The position numbers were made by a program, and so were the translations under genes. A stretch of DNA of 64,000 bases from positions 171,995 through 235,994 of the forward strand of contig CAWAGS010000010.1 of the NCBI GenBank assembly GCA_963781445.1, in the 5' to 3' direction. Shown here in pieces: positions 55,778 to 64,000 of this stretch. The stretch's first letter is position 1; each line of letters opens with the position of its first letter. Under the pieces are notes generated by a model. It saw only the letters and a program-made list of their open reading frames with translations, was not told the DNA's origin and did no database searches. Source of the DNA: an uncultured Actinomycetota bacterium. Its GTDB lineage: Bacteria > Actinomycetota > Actinomycetes > Propionibacteriales > Nocardioidaceae.

Positions 55778-56578
55778 TCAGGTGAGGGTGACGTGGCGAA
55801 GGTGCTCGTTGACGTCCTCGAGCTCGCCGAAGACCGCGGTGCAGGACGTACAGGACTCCAGATGAGCGTGCAGCCCGATCGCATCGCGCGACCGGACCTT
55901 GTGACGCACCAAGGCAGCCAGCTGGTCGCGGACCTCGCGGCACCGCGTGCCGAGTTGATTCCCGTCCGACGCCACGTGCTGCGCGACGTAGGCCGTCCGG
56001 AGGCCCTCGCGAGCCCGGTACGCCAAGGCGGAGACTCCATTGGGGGTCAGCTCGAGGATCGGTGCGATCTCGCTCGGACGACGCCGTTCGACGTCGATGT
56101 GCCACAGGACCGTGCGCCACCGTGCCGGCAGCGTCTCGAACGCCGCCCACACGACCTCGCGCTCGAACCCGTCCAGCTCGCCGCTCTCGGGGGACAAGCG
56201 CGACTCCATCATGGTGATGTCATTAGTCGGCACGACCCGCTGCCGCGCCTTGGCGCGCCGGCCCACGCCGTGGCGGATGGAGGTGAACAAGTAGGCGCGG
56301 AACGCGCGTTCCGGACCGCGTCCGCGGAGCAGCTGGTCGAGAACACCGGCGAAGGCCTCGGCGACGATGTCATCGACATCACCGGATCGACTCAAGTACC
56401 GAGCCAGCCGTTGCGCGGGATGCCGATAGCGGGAGAAGAGTGAGGCGTACGCGGCGGACCGGCCCTCGCGGACCATGTCGAGAAGCTGACCATCGTCGAG
56501 CTGATCGAGATCGTCATCGTGATCGTGATCGTGATCGAGCTCTTCGGGAAACTCAGACTCAGGACTGGTGAACTGCAC
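55778..56578 (-). CDS. Soluble single-chain ECF-type sigma-70 / ZAS fusion (266 aa) with acidic (DH)n N-terminus
   Basis: GTG at 56578. DIVAEAFAGVL...FRAYLFTSIRH, then LPARWRTVLWHIDVERRRPSEIAPILELTPNGVSALAYRAREGLRTAY, then C-x25-HLESCTSC. It ends about 20 aa later with no TM segment. Confidence 0.8.
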   Translation of the reverse strand: MQFTSPESEFPEELDHDHDHDDDLDQLDDGQLLDMVREGRSAAYASLFSRYRHPAQRLARYLSRSGDVDDIVAEAFAGVLDQLLRGRGPERAFRAYLFTSIRHGVGRRAKARQRVVPTNDITMMESRLSPESGELDGFEREVVWAAFETLPARWRTVLWHIDVERRRPSEIAPILELTPNGVSALAYRAREGLRTAYVAQHVASDGNQLGTRCREVRDQLAALVRHKVRSRDAIGLHAHLESCTSCTAVFGELEDVNEHLRHVTLT

Positions 56579-56604
56579 GGCATCGCCTTCGGGGTGGTTC
56601 CCGC

Positions 56605-58200
56605 TCAGCTACCGGGGCCTGTTTTCCGGGAGGAAATCGCCGCTTGTGGCGGATAAACCACCGTATCGGATACTGCATCCGGGCGCGAGCATTCCATCAC
56701 CTCCGTTTTGGCCGGCGGGGCCGGGACGCGATCTCGCAGGGTCATCATCTGGACCAGACCCAGCGCGTGCCGAGTCCGCCAGCCGAGCCAGACGTAGCCG
56801 ACGCCGAGAACGACGGTGGTGATCGCGGCCGTCGTCCCGGACGTCCCGAACAGCGTGCGTGCCGCCAGCGCCGGAAGCGCGATGACCGCCAGGGGTTGGA
56901 CCATCGCCACCTTCAGGTGACGGCCCGAAGGGCGAATCCCCATCAAGCCCTGCACCTGCCAGACGACGACCAGCGTGTCCGCGACGATGGTGACCGCCCA
57001 CGCGATCGCCGCTCCCGTGATGCCCCAGATCGGGATGAGGAGCAGGTCGAGCGTGATGTTCAGCAGCAGCGCTCCGGTCTTGTCGGCGAGCTGCCACGTG
57101 CTCCGCCCGCCCATCAGCAAAATGGTCTGGACGGTGCCGGCGGCCACCGACAGCGCCATGGCAGCGGCGAGGACCGCCATCGGCGTCGCGCCGGAGCTGA
57201 AGCCAGGACCGAAGATCCGCAGGACCGGCTCGGCGAAGACCGCCACCAGGATGAAGAACGGCCAGGCCACCCAGATCATCGTGGCCGTGACGACCTCATA
57301 GATCGCGCGAGCATGCGCGAGGTCGCCGCGCGCCAGTGCCGCGCTGATCTGTGGCCCCACCACGATCCTCGCGGCCTGCTGGACGATCTCGCTGGCCCGC
57401 AGGCAACGCGTGACGACGGCGTACACGCCCGCTTCGGCGGGCGATGCCAACGCTCCGACCAGGATCACGTCGATCCACTCCAGCAGGATCTCCACGCAGG
57501 CGGTGACGCCGCGCGCTGCGGTGAAGCCCCAGAAGGCCGCCCCGATCTCCTGTCGCCGCGCAGGACCGACCGCCGGCGTCCGGGGCGATCCACGCCGCAC
57601 CAGGCGGACCGCGACGACCGTCGCAAGCGCCAGCACCAGCGGGACCGGGGACAGCCAGGCGGCGAGCAGCCCGCTGACACCCCATCCGGCCAGCACGGCC
57701 AGACCGACCGCCCCCAGTCGGCCGAGCGGCAGGAGGACGTTCTGCAGTGCCGGATAGGTGAGGACGTCGTCGAAGCCGCGCGTGAGCCCGAGCAGCACGG
57801 CCACCATGGAGAGCGAGCCGGCCGCCACCGACGCCGCGACGAGCACCCCGGGCTCGACACTGCGGACCGGATCGACCGCGAGCACGATCGCAGCGGTCGC
57901 CACCACCAGCATTCCGACGACGAGGAGGACCGGACGAACGGCCGACCGGAGCAGCACCCGCGCTTCCTCCGGCCGACCGACCGCTCGGGCTGCGGAGACG
58001 AACCGCACCAGTCCGGTGTCGGCGCCCAGCTCCGCCGTGTTGGCAGCGATCAGGAAGGCCGCGACCACGAGGAAGTACGTGCCGGTGCCCTCGGCACCGA
58101 GATGACGCCCGACCAGCGCAGCGATCGCGAGGTTCACGGACGCGCCCACGGCCCCGGCCGCGACGTTCAGGACGGCAGAGCCACCCATCCCTGGCGTCAC
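56605..58200 (-). CDS. Wzx-type (MOP superfamily) polysaccharide flippase
   Basis: About 14 hydrophobic segments. The N-terminal GTYFLVVAAFLIAANTAELGADTGLVRFVS is typical of polysaccharide biosynthesis flippases. Start is GTG 58200 or ATG 58188. Confidence 0.8.
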   Translation of the reverse strand: MTPGMGGSAVLNVAAGAVGASVNLAIAALVGRHLGAEGTGTYFLVVAAFLIAANTAELGADTGLVRFVSAARAVGRPEEARVLLRSAVRPVLLVVGMLVVATAAIVLAVDPVRSVEPGVLVAASVAAGSLSMVAVLLGLTRGFDDVLTYPALQNVLLPLGRLGAVGLAVLAGWGVSGLLAAWLSPVPLVLALATVVAVRLVRRGSPRTPAVGPARRQEIGAAFWGFTAARGVTACVEILLEWIDVILVGALASPAEAGVYAVVTRCLRASEIVQQAARIVVGPQISAALARGDLAHARAIYEVVTATMIWVAWPFFILVAVFAEPVLRIFGPGFSSGATPMAVLAAAMALSVAAGTVQTILLMGGRSTWQLADKTGALLLNITLDLLLIPIWGITGAAIAWAVTIVADTLVVVWQVQGLMGIRPSGRHLKVAMVQPLAVIALPALAARTLFGTSGTTAAITTVVLGVGYVWLGWRTRHALGLVQMMTLRDRVPAPPAKTEVMECSRPDAVSDTVVYPPQAAISSRKTGPGS

Positions 58201-58201
58201 G

Positions 58202-59482
58202 TCAGGGTCCGTCGTCGTCGTCCAGGCCGTAGCGACGCCGGAGCAGCAGCGCCGCCACGAGGACCACCGAGAGCATCTGGATGATGTCGAGCCCGTACAC
58301 GAAGACGGCCAGGCTCGCGACGACCAGCACGCTGTGCAGCACGAGCTGGATGTCGGAGGGCGCTCGCCAGGTGTGCAGCGTCGTGCCCCACAGGAAGAGC
58401 AGGAAGAAGGTCAGGCCCACGAAACCGTGGCTGAACATGATCGTCCAGACGTAGCCCTGGGTCCCCACTGAGAGGTCCTGGAACTCCGATGGCCGGGGAG
58501 CGCCGTAGCCCAGCAGAGGGCTCTGGAGCGTCCGGCTGATCGTCTCGGTGTAGAGCGAGAACCTGGCCTCGCTGGACTGACCGTACTGCTGTCGCGTCGA
58601 CAGCTGGTCGACGAGGCCGCGCGAGAGCACGAAGGTCACGGTTGCCAGCCCGACGGCGGCCAGGCCCAGCACCGGTGCCGCACGGTTGCGGATCGCCAGC
58701 CGGATCACGACATAGGTCACGGCCACCCCGAGCGCGGCGAACATGCCGCGGTTCGAGGAGGCGACGGCGGGGGGCACCATCGCCACGGCGGTGATCAGGA
58801 GCAGCACGCGGGTGAACCACGTTCGGGCGAGCATGAAGGCCGCCACCGCGACCGGGGTCAGGAGCAGGATTGCGACGCCCCAGCTGTTGGCGTACGGGAA
58901 CGGCGCCGACGGCCGGAGGAAGACCTCGGGCGAGCCGTACGGGTACTGGATCTCGGCCAGTGGCGGGAAGAACAGGTCGTGCACGTACTCGTTCTGCGCG
59001 AGCCACTGCGGCATCAGCAGGCCGACCGGCGTCGTGATGCGGCCGTGCGGCACCAGCATGCCCATGATGCCGCCGACGACCGTGAACACCCACACGAACG
59101 TCAGGGCGTTCACCACTGACCGCACGGTGAGCCGACGCCGGGCGCTCACGGTGTAGGCCAGCGCGACCAGCGCGAACAGCACGATCGTGAAGCGGTAGAG
59201 GAACCCGAGGGCACGAGGGGCGGAATCCACCATGATCGCGGTCGGCACGATCCAGACGGCGAAGGCCAGCAGCGCCCCGACGCCGGGGACGATGACCACG
59301 TTGCGCTGCTGGGCGAGGAACGCGACCATCACGATGGTCATCGTGATGGCGGCCGGCACCACCGTGACGCCGGCCAGCCACATCACCGGGAAGCCCCACA
59401 ACATCACCAGCACCGGCCAGGCCGGCAGGTCATCGGTGCTCAACCGCATCGGCCGGCGGTCGGCGGCCACCTCGACGGTCAT
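58202..59482 (-). CDS. O-antigen ligase/polymerase-family (Wzy-like) membrane protein
   Basis: ATG at 59482 overlaps the upstream stop (ATGA). It has 10 or more TM segments and a large loop with NRGMFAALG, an O-antigen ligase domain-like region. Confidence 0.75.
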   Translation of the reverse strand: MTVEVAADRRPMRLSTDDLPAWPVLVMLWGFPVMWLAGVTVVPAAITMTIVMVAFLAQQRNVVIVPGVGALLAFAVWIVPTAIMVDSAPRALGFLYRFTIVLFALVALAYTVSARRRLTVRSVVNALTFVWVFTVVGGIMGMLVPHGRITTPVGLLMPQWLAQNEYVHDLFFPPLAEIQYPYGSPEVFLRPSAPFPYANSWGVAILLLTPVAVAAFMLARTWFTRVLLLITAVAMVPPAVASSNRGMFAALGVAVTYVVIRLAIRNRAAPVLGLAAVGLATVTFVLSRGLVDQLSTRQQYGQSSEARFSLYTETISRTLQSPLLGYGAPRPSEFQDLSVGTQGYVWTIMFSHGFVGLTFFLLFLWGTTLHTWRAPSDIQLVLHSVLVVASLAVFVYGLDIIQMLSVVLVAALLLRRRYGLDDDDGP

Positions 59483-60189
59483 GGCGTGACTCCGAGGCGC
59501 AGCGTCTGCCGCTTGCGCTGGAGGGTCGCGAGAAGCAGCAGCAGGTTGCCCACGGCGAGCACGAGGTATCCGACCAGGAACAGCGGCGTCCAGGCCCACA
59601 GCAGGAAGGCGGCGTTGACGACACCCGCATCGGCCGGGGTCTGGAGCCAGGCGGCCCGGCGACCGGGGACCGCCCCGGTGGTCGCGACGCCGAGCTGGTC
59701 GGCCAGCAGCTGCGCGAAGAACCGCACCGACGCGACGACCGCAAAGGCCAGCGGCACCAGCAACCAGGTGTCGCCGACGTCCGTGTGCCGGAACAGTGCC
59801 ACTGCAACGCCGAGGTGCAGCACCAGGATTCGGCCGGCATCCACCACGTGGTCGAGCCATTCACCGGCCACGGAGCCGCGGCCGGTGAGGCGAGCGAGCT
59901 GGCCGTCAGCGGAGTCGAAGGCGAACCCGAGCTGCAGGAGCAGCGTCACGGTGATCGCGACCGCCACGGACGGCTCGAACGTCACCAGAACCGACATCCC
60001 GGCCCCAACCGTCAAGGCACTCAGAGCCGTCATCTGGTCGGGCGAAGCGTCGTACCGTGCTCCGACCGCAGCGATCACCCGGCCGAGGCGCCGGTTGACC
60101 GCACGCATGTAGAACGGCACGCCGGTGCCGGGCTTCTGCGCGTCGGCAAGCCGGGTGTACGACTCGCGGACCTCCGCGACCAGGTTCAT
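59479..60189 (-). CDS. CDP-alcohol phosphatidyltransferase-family protein
   Basis: ATG at 60189 is preceded by AGGGGA. DSADGQLARLTGRGSVAGEWLDHVVD matches D-G-x2-A-R-x8-G-x3-D-x3-D. Confidence 0.8.
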   Translation of the reverse strand: MNLVAEVRESYTRLADAQKPGTGVPFYMRAVNRRLGRVIAAVGARYDASPDQMTALSALTVGAGMSVLVTFEPSVAVAITVTLLLQLGFAFDSADGQLARLTGRGSVAGEWLDHVVDAGRILVLHLGVAVALFRHTDVGDTWLLVPLAFAVVASVRFFAQLLADQLGVATTGAVPGRRAAWLQTPADAGVVNAAFLLWAWTPLFLVGYLVLAVGNLLLLLATLQRKRQTLRLGVTP

Positions 60190-60193
60190 TCCC

Positions 60194-63046
60194 CTACCGC
60201 TGCGCCTCGATCGCCATGTCCAGGCTCGAGCTCGGCGTCGACCGATAGTTCGAGTGCACCTCGACGGCGACCGTGTTCGCGCCATTCTGGATCAGGTTCG
60301 TCGGGATCTGGACGACCACGGGGTTCGCGATGGCGCTGTTCGTCGACGGCGCCGCGGTCGCGTAGGTGTTGCGCGTGACCGTGCCTGCCGGCATGTTCGC
60401 GCGCGCCACCTCCGTGCCGTTGACGTAGACGACGATGCCGTCGTCGGACCGGGTGGTCAGCTCGAAGGCCTGGAACGTGGCCGGGTCCGCCACCGTGAAG
60501 CCGGTGCGGTGGTAGGACGTCAGCGCCCGAGTCACTCCGGCGGGGACGTCGATGTTGGTGGCGATCGTGCTGCTACCCCAGCCGAGCGGCGCGGCGCCGG
60601 AGCTCCAGCTCGCGTCGTCGAACGTCGGCTGGTTCCAGGCCGCGTCGACGGTGACGTCGTTGTCGAACAGGTACTTCCACGTGCTTCCCGCGGCGAGGAC
60701 AGTCGTGTTCGTGACCGCGGCCGGGCGAACCGCGTTGGTGGAGGCCGACCGGTTGCCCTCGCCGTCGGAGGCGCGGACGAAGAACCGGTCGTCCTGGGCC
60801 GAGTCCGGGATGTCGGCCGACGACCCGGTGGTGGTGGCGACGACACGATCGTTGCGGATCACCTCGTACGTGGCGCCGGAGGTCGATCCCGGGCTCCACC
60901 GGACGTTCGCGGTGCTGTCGGTCAGCGTGACCGACGGATTGGAGGGCTTGCCGGGAGCGGTGTGCGGCCGCGCGGCGAACCGGACGAAGCCACCGGTCCA
61001 CTGGTTGGCACCGTTCTCCTTGACCGCGGACTCGAAGGACCCGCCGGCCCAGAGCGTGCCGTCCGACGCGACCTTGAGGGCCCACGCCCCGTACCCGCCG
61101 CGGGACTTCCACTGCGGTGCGAACTCGGTGACGAAGCTCCCGGAATCTGCGCGCCAGGCACCGACCAAGGAGATCTTGTCACCCTGCGTCCACGGAGGGT
61201 TCAACGTGCCTGGGCTGTACCCGTCGTACTGGGTGGTCAGGTAGTTCCAGTCACCGCAGTGGCACCCGCCGTAGACGACACCGTTGTCGCCGTCGATGGC
61301 CTGCAGGTCCCCCCCGGCCTTGGTGACGCCGAAGGCCTTCAGCGCGAAGGTCGAGGTGTCGTACCCGAACATGTTGTGCTGTGAACCGGCAAGCCAGACG
61401 AGGCCGTCGACCTGGCGCACGGCCTGCTGGTACTTGGCGGAGCCGCTCGTGCTGTGGGTGGGTTTCCACACCGGTGTCACCTGGGACGCCGAGGAACCGG
61501 TGGATAGCGCGGCGCCCCGGTCCGCAGAGGCCGAGCCGGTCTGGGTGAAGTAGCCGGAGAAGTACACCTTGGAGTTGTCGTCGTCGACGTCGACTCCCGT
61601 GCCGGTGCCGTTGAAGTTCGCGTTCCAGCCACCGTCGGCACGCCCGTTCGACAGCGACAGGCGCGCGCCGTTGCGCGCGTACACGGCCGAGCTGCCGCGG
61701 ACGAAATGAGTGAAGCTGCCGGTCACGTAGAGGTCAGCGTTGCTGGCGTCGAGACCACGCACCGAGACGCTCTGGCTGCTGATGCGGTTCTCGACGTTGG
61801 TGTCCCACGTCGGGTCGAGCTGGCCGTTGGCGAGGTCGAGCACCACGAGACCGGTGCGGTTGGATCCGTTCACGCTGGTGAAGTCGCCGCCGACGGCGAG
61901 CTTGTTGCCGGGAAGGACTGCAAGGGCCTTCACGTGGTTGTTGAACGTCGGGCGGAACGAGCTGATCCAGTCACCGGTCGTCGCATTGAACGCGGCCAGG
62001 TAGGGCTGGGCCACCTTGTCGGCGCCGGTGGCGTTCTCGCCCTTCTGCACCGTCGTGAAGTTGCCGCCGACGTACATCGTGTTGCCCACCTGGGCGAAGG
62101 CCTGCACCTCGGTCGCGAGCTCACCGCTGCCGGCCGCACCTGTGCCGGTGACGCCCCACGTGGCCGGCAGCGCACCACTCTCGGCCACGGCGAGTGCCGT
62201 TTGCGCGGACGTCCCCGAGTCGGGGATCGACGGGTACGACATGTCCGAGGACTTGATCTTGGGGCGGATGAACACCTGGGTGAACGGCGACCCGTAGCGC
62301 CCGGACGTCGCGGTGGAGTAGATGTAGCTGCTCGCGCTGGTGGACCCGATCCCGTCGCGACCGAAGATGAACCCGCGGACGTAGTTGTTGTTGGCCGTCT
62401 CGAAGGTCGACACCCGGTTGTAGGCGGAGTTGGTGCCGAAGTCGCGGCTCGTTGCGTTGGAGCCGTTGGACCCGCCGATCGAGTAGCTCGCGATCGGGTG
62501 TCCGGCACCGAAGGCCCAGGTCCACCGGTCGCGGGACTTGAAGGTGAAGGTCGTCTCCTGCCACGACGTGCCGGCCGTGTTCGCGGCGCGACGCAGCCGA
62601 ACCCCGTCGGACATCGAGTCGAGTCGCCGGCCGCCGAGCAGCCCGTTGACGACGTTCTCCGACAGCTGTCGGGGCGAGAACGCCTCGGGACCCGTCACTG
62701 TGGACGCGACCTGCGCCGTGGTGCCCTTGCCGTCGCCGTCCCACATCCACCCGTCGCGGCCGCGCCCGACGAGGACCCACCCGCCGCCACTGGTCGTCAT
62801 GTCGCAGTAGAACTTCGCCGGCGCCTGCAGCTGGGGGGTGACGAGCCAGTACTCGCCATCGGCGGCGCTCGGCTTGTTCTGCTTGATCTCCCAACAGGAC
62901 GCAGCGGCGAGATGCTCGGCGGAGCCGTCGATGACGACCGCCGACTGGGCCGGGGAGGCGAGCAGCGCCGCAGCGGGCAAGACCGAGAGCGCGGAGATGA
63001 TGAGGGCCCGGCGGAGGCTCCGTGGAGTCGAGGTACGCACGCTCAT
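60194..63046 (-). CDS. Secreted multidomain protein: fibrinogen-like YCDxxxxGGGW domain, beta-propeller (delta-60-repeat-like), FN3, C-terminal jelly-roll-like domain (950 aa)
   Basis: ATG at 63046 with GAAGGA upstream, then a signal peptide. SCWEIKQNKPSAADGEYWLVTP...FYCDMTTSGGGWVLVGRG is fibrinogen C-terminal domain-like. Repeated GGxFTxV(N/Q) motifs follow. SNPSVTLTDSTANVRWSPG...YEVIRND is FN3-like. WKYLFD...DDGIVVYVNGTEVAR lies in the C-terminal domain. Confidence 0.8.
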   Translation of the reverse strand: MSVRTSTPRSLRRALIISALSVLPAAALLASPAQSAVVIDGSAEHLAAASCWEIKQNKPSAADGEYWLVTPQLQAPAKFYCDMTTSGGGWVLVGRGRDGWMWDGDGKGTTAQVASTVTGPEAFSPRQLSENVVNGLLGGRRLDSMSDGVRLRRAANTAGTSWQETTFTFKSRDRWTWAFGAGHPIASYSIGGSNGSNATSRDFGTNSAYNRVSTFETANNNYVRGFIFGRDGIGSTSASSYIYSTATSGRYGSPFTQVFIRPKIKSSDMSYPSIPDSGTSAQTALAVAESGALPATWGVTGTGAAGSGELATEVQAFAQVGNTMYVGGNFTTVQKGENATGADKVAQPYLAAFNATTGDWISSFRPTFNNHVKALAVLPGNKLAVGGDFTSVNGSNRTGLVVLDLANGQLDPTWDTNVENRISSQSVSVRGLDASNADLYVTGSFTHFVRGSSAVYARNGARLSLSNGRADGGWNANFNGTGTGVDVDDDNSKVYFSGYFTQTGSASADRGAALSTGSSASQVTPVWKPTHSTSGSAKYQQAVRQVDGLVWLAGSQHNMFGYDTSTFALKAFGVTKAGGDLQAIDGDNGVVYGGCHCGDWNYLTTQYDGYSPGTLNPPWTQGDKISLVGAWRADSGSFVTEFAPQWKSRGGYGAWALKVASDGTLWAGGSFESAVKENGANQWTGGFVRFAARPHTAPGKPSNPSVTLTDSTANVRWSPGSTSGATYEVIRNDRVVATTTGSSADIPDSAQDDRFFVRASDGEGNRSASTNAVRPAAVTNTTVLAAGSTWKYLFDNDVTVDAAWNQPTFDDASWSSGAAPLGWGSSTIATNIDVPAGVTRALTSYHRTGFTVADPATFQAFELTTRSDDGIVVYVNGTEVARANMPAGTVTRNTYATAAPSTNSAIANPVVVQIPTNLIQNGANTVAVEVHSNYRSTPSSSLDMAIEAQR

Positions 63047-63371
63047 CCTTCTGTCGGGGGTCAGAGACTGCGTTCGCGGGCGCGCAACAGTGCCCACTAC
63101 CCATCCTGAGTCGACAGTTCCTCAGTCGTGACGGCGTTCTGAGCCCATGGTTTCCGCACGAGCGGCGCCGATTGACGATCAGCGGCTCCAGGACTCCAGC
63201 TGCCGGACGTGGGCCGCAACTTGCGTCGCCCGCGGGGAGGAGGCGCGAACGCGTCGTGGGCGCGGTACAGATGCCGCGTCAACAGGGCCGGATCGACGCC
63301 CGGGGGAATCGCGACGTCGCGCGTTCGACCCATGACTCGGAGTTTACGTCAGGTCCATGGCACCCACCGGG

Positions 63372-64000
63372 CTACGCGTCCCGGCGGATGAAGAGCCACG
63401 TGCTGAGCGCGAGAAGCAGCCCCACGAACGTGGCCATCACCAGTCCGCCGCCCAGGGGGCCGAACGGGATCACCCCGAAGTACGACAGCAGGTCGTTGAC
63501 GGAGAGCCTGGTGTACATCTGGCCGCCGGCATCGAACGGCAGGAACTTGAGGAACCACACCAGGCCGCCCTTGCCGGTGGGGTCGTCGGAGGCCGCATGG
63601 ATGGCCAGGACGACGGCCTTGATGATCGTCTCGACGACGCTCGGCACCAGCAGGAGGAGCGCCAGGGCGGCGGTCTGGTTGCGGGTGATGGCGGCGTAGG
63701 CCAGCCCCGAGAGCGCGAACATCGACGCGAACAGCGTGGTGCCGACGGTGATGTCGCGGAACCCGACGAGCGTGGGCATGCCCACGCCGAACATCCAGGA
63801 ACTCAGCACGGCGATCAGCACGCAGGCGAGTGCTCCGAGCGCCGAGACGACGGCGGTGACGATCATCTTGGAGGCGAACACCGACCAGCGACTGGGTAGC
63901 GCAGTGAGGGTGGCTCGGATCATCCCGTGTCGGTACTCGTGTCCCATCGAGAACACGCCCAGCATGCCCAGGACGTAGGCGATGAGCAGCGGCGCGACGC
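63372..64000 (-). CDS. ABC-2-type transporter permease (3' part; the gene runs off the right edge)
   Basis: MGHEYRHGMIRATLTALPSRW is an ABC-2 signature-like motif, followed by hydrophobic segments. The frame stays open, with hydrophobic codons, upstream of the listed Met to position 64000. Confidence 0.7.
   Translation of the reverse strand, partial: VAPLLIAYVLGMLGVFSMGHEYRHGMIRATLTALPSRWSVFASKMIVTAVVSALGALACVLIAVLSSWMFGVGMPTLVGFRDITVGTTLFASMFALSGLAYAAITRNQTAALALLLLVPSVVETIIKAVVLAIHAASDDPTGKGGLVWFLKFLPFDAGGQMYTRLSVNDLLSYFGVIPFGPLGGGLVMATFVGLLLALSTWLFIRRDA

Overview
High-G+C (about 70% by eye) actinobacterial chromosomal segment, almost fully coding: about 60 CDS and one tRNA-Arg(CCT). I saw no rRNA, CRISPR array, transposase, integrase, or recognisable phage or defence genes. 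Positions 1-45.4 kb are mostly conserved housekeeping and envelope genes: 5-FTHF cyclo-ligase, RipA-like NlpC/P60, penicillin acylase, a DUF21-CBS pair, FmdB, SAF, mscL, topoisomerase IB, S8 and S1 proteases, a cfa-family methyltransferase, ideR, photolyase, pdxH, citrate synthase, mutA-mutB-meaB, an NCS2 purine permease, DUF3027, csp, yihY and an acyl-CoA synthetase. A few accessory-looking items interrupt them: an 826-aa glycine-rich LPXTG surface protein with three near-identical 312-bp repeats, two tandem paralogous membrane-anchored beta-propeller-like proteins, and a 220-bp inverted/direct repeat element between convergent genes. Positions 45.5-63.0 kb form a mostly minus-strand, tightly overlapped Wzx/Wzy-type envelope glycopolymer locus. 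It contains a phosphoglycosyl transferase fused to an Alg13-like domain, an Alg14-like partner, a GT2, a TagD-like cytidylyltransferase, a GH16 glycanase, a Wzz-like protein with a P-loop-less kinase-like domain, Wzx, a Wzy-like protein, a CDP-alcohol phosphotransferase and a 950-aa fibrinogen-like/beta-propeller/FN3 secreted protein. The most unusual signal is three paralogous single-chain sigma(ECF-type)-ZAS anti-sigma fusion proteins embedded in this locus. Two carry long basic His/Lys repeat tails, one of them encoded by a perfect 15-bp tandem array, and one is translationally coupled to the GH16 gene. All family assignments come from reading the supplied translations against remembered family motifs; no searches were run. 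Start codons were chosen by ORF arithmetic, RBS inspection and start/stop overlaps, so they are less certain than stop positions.
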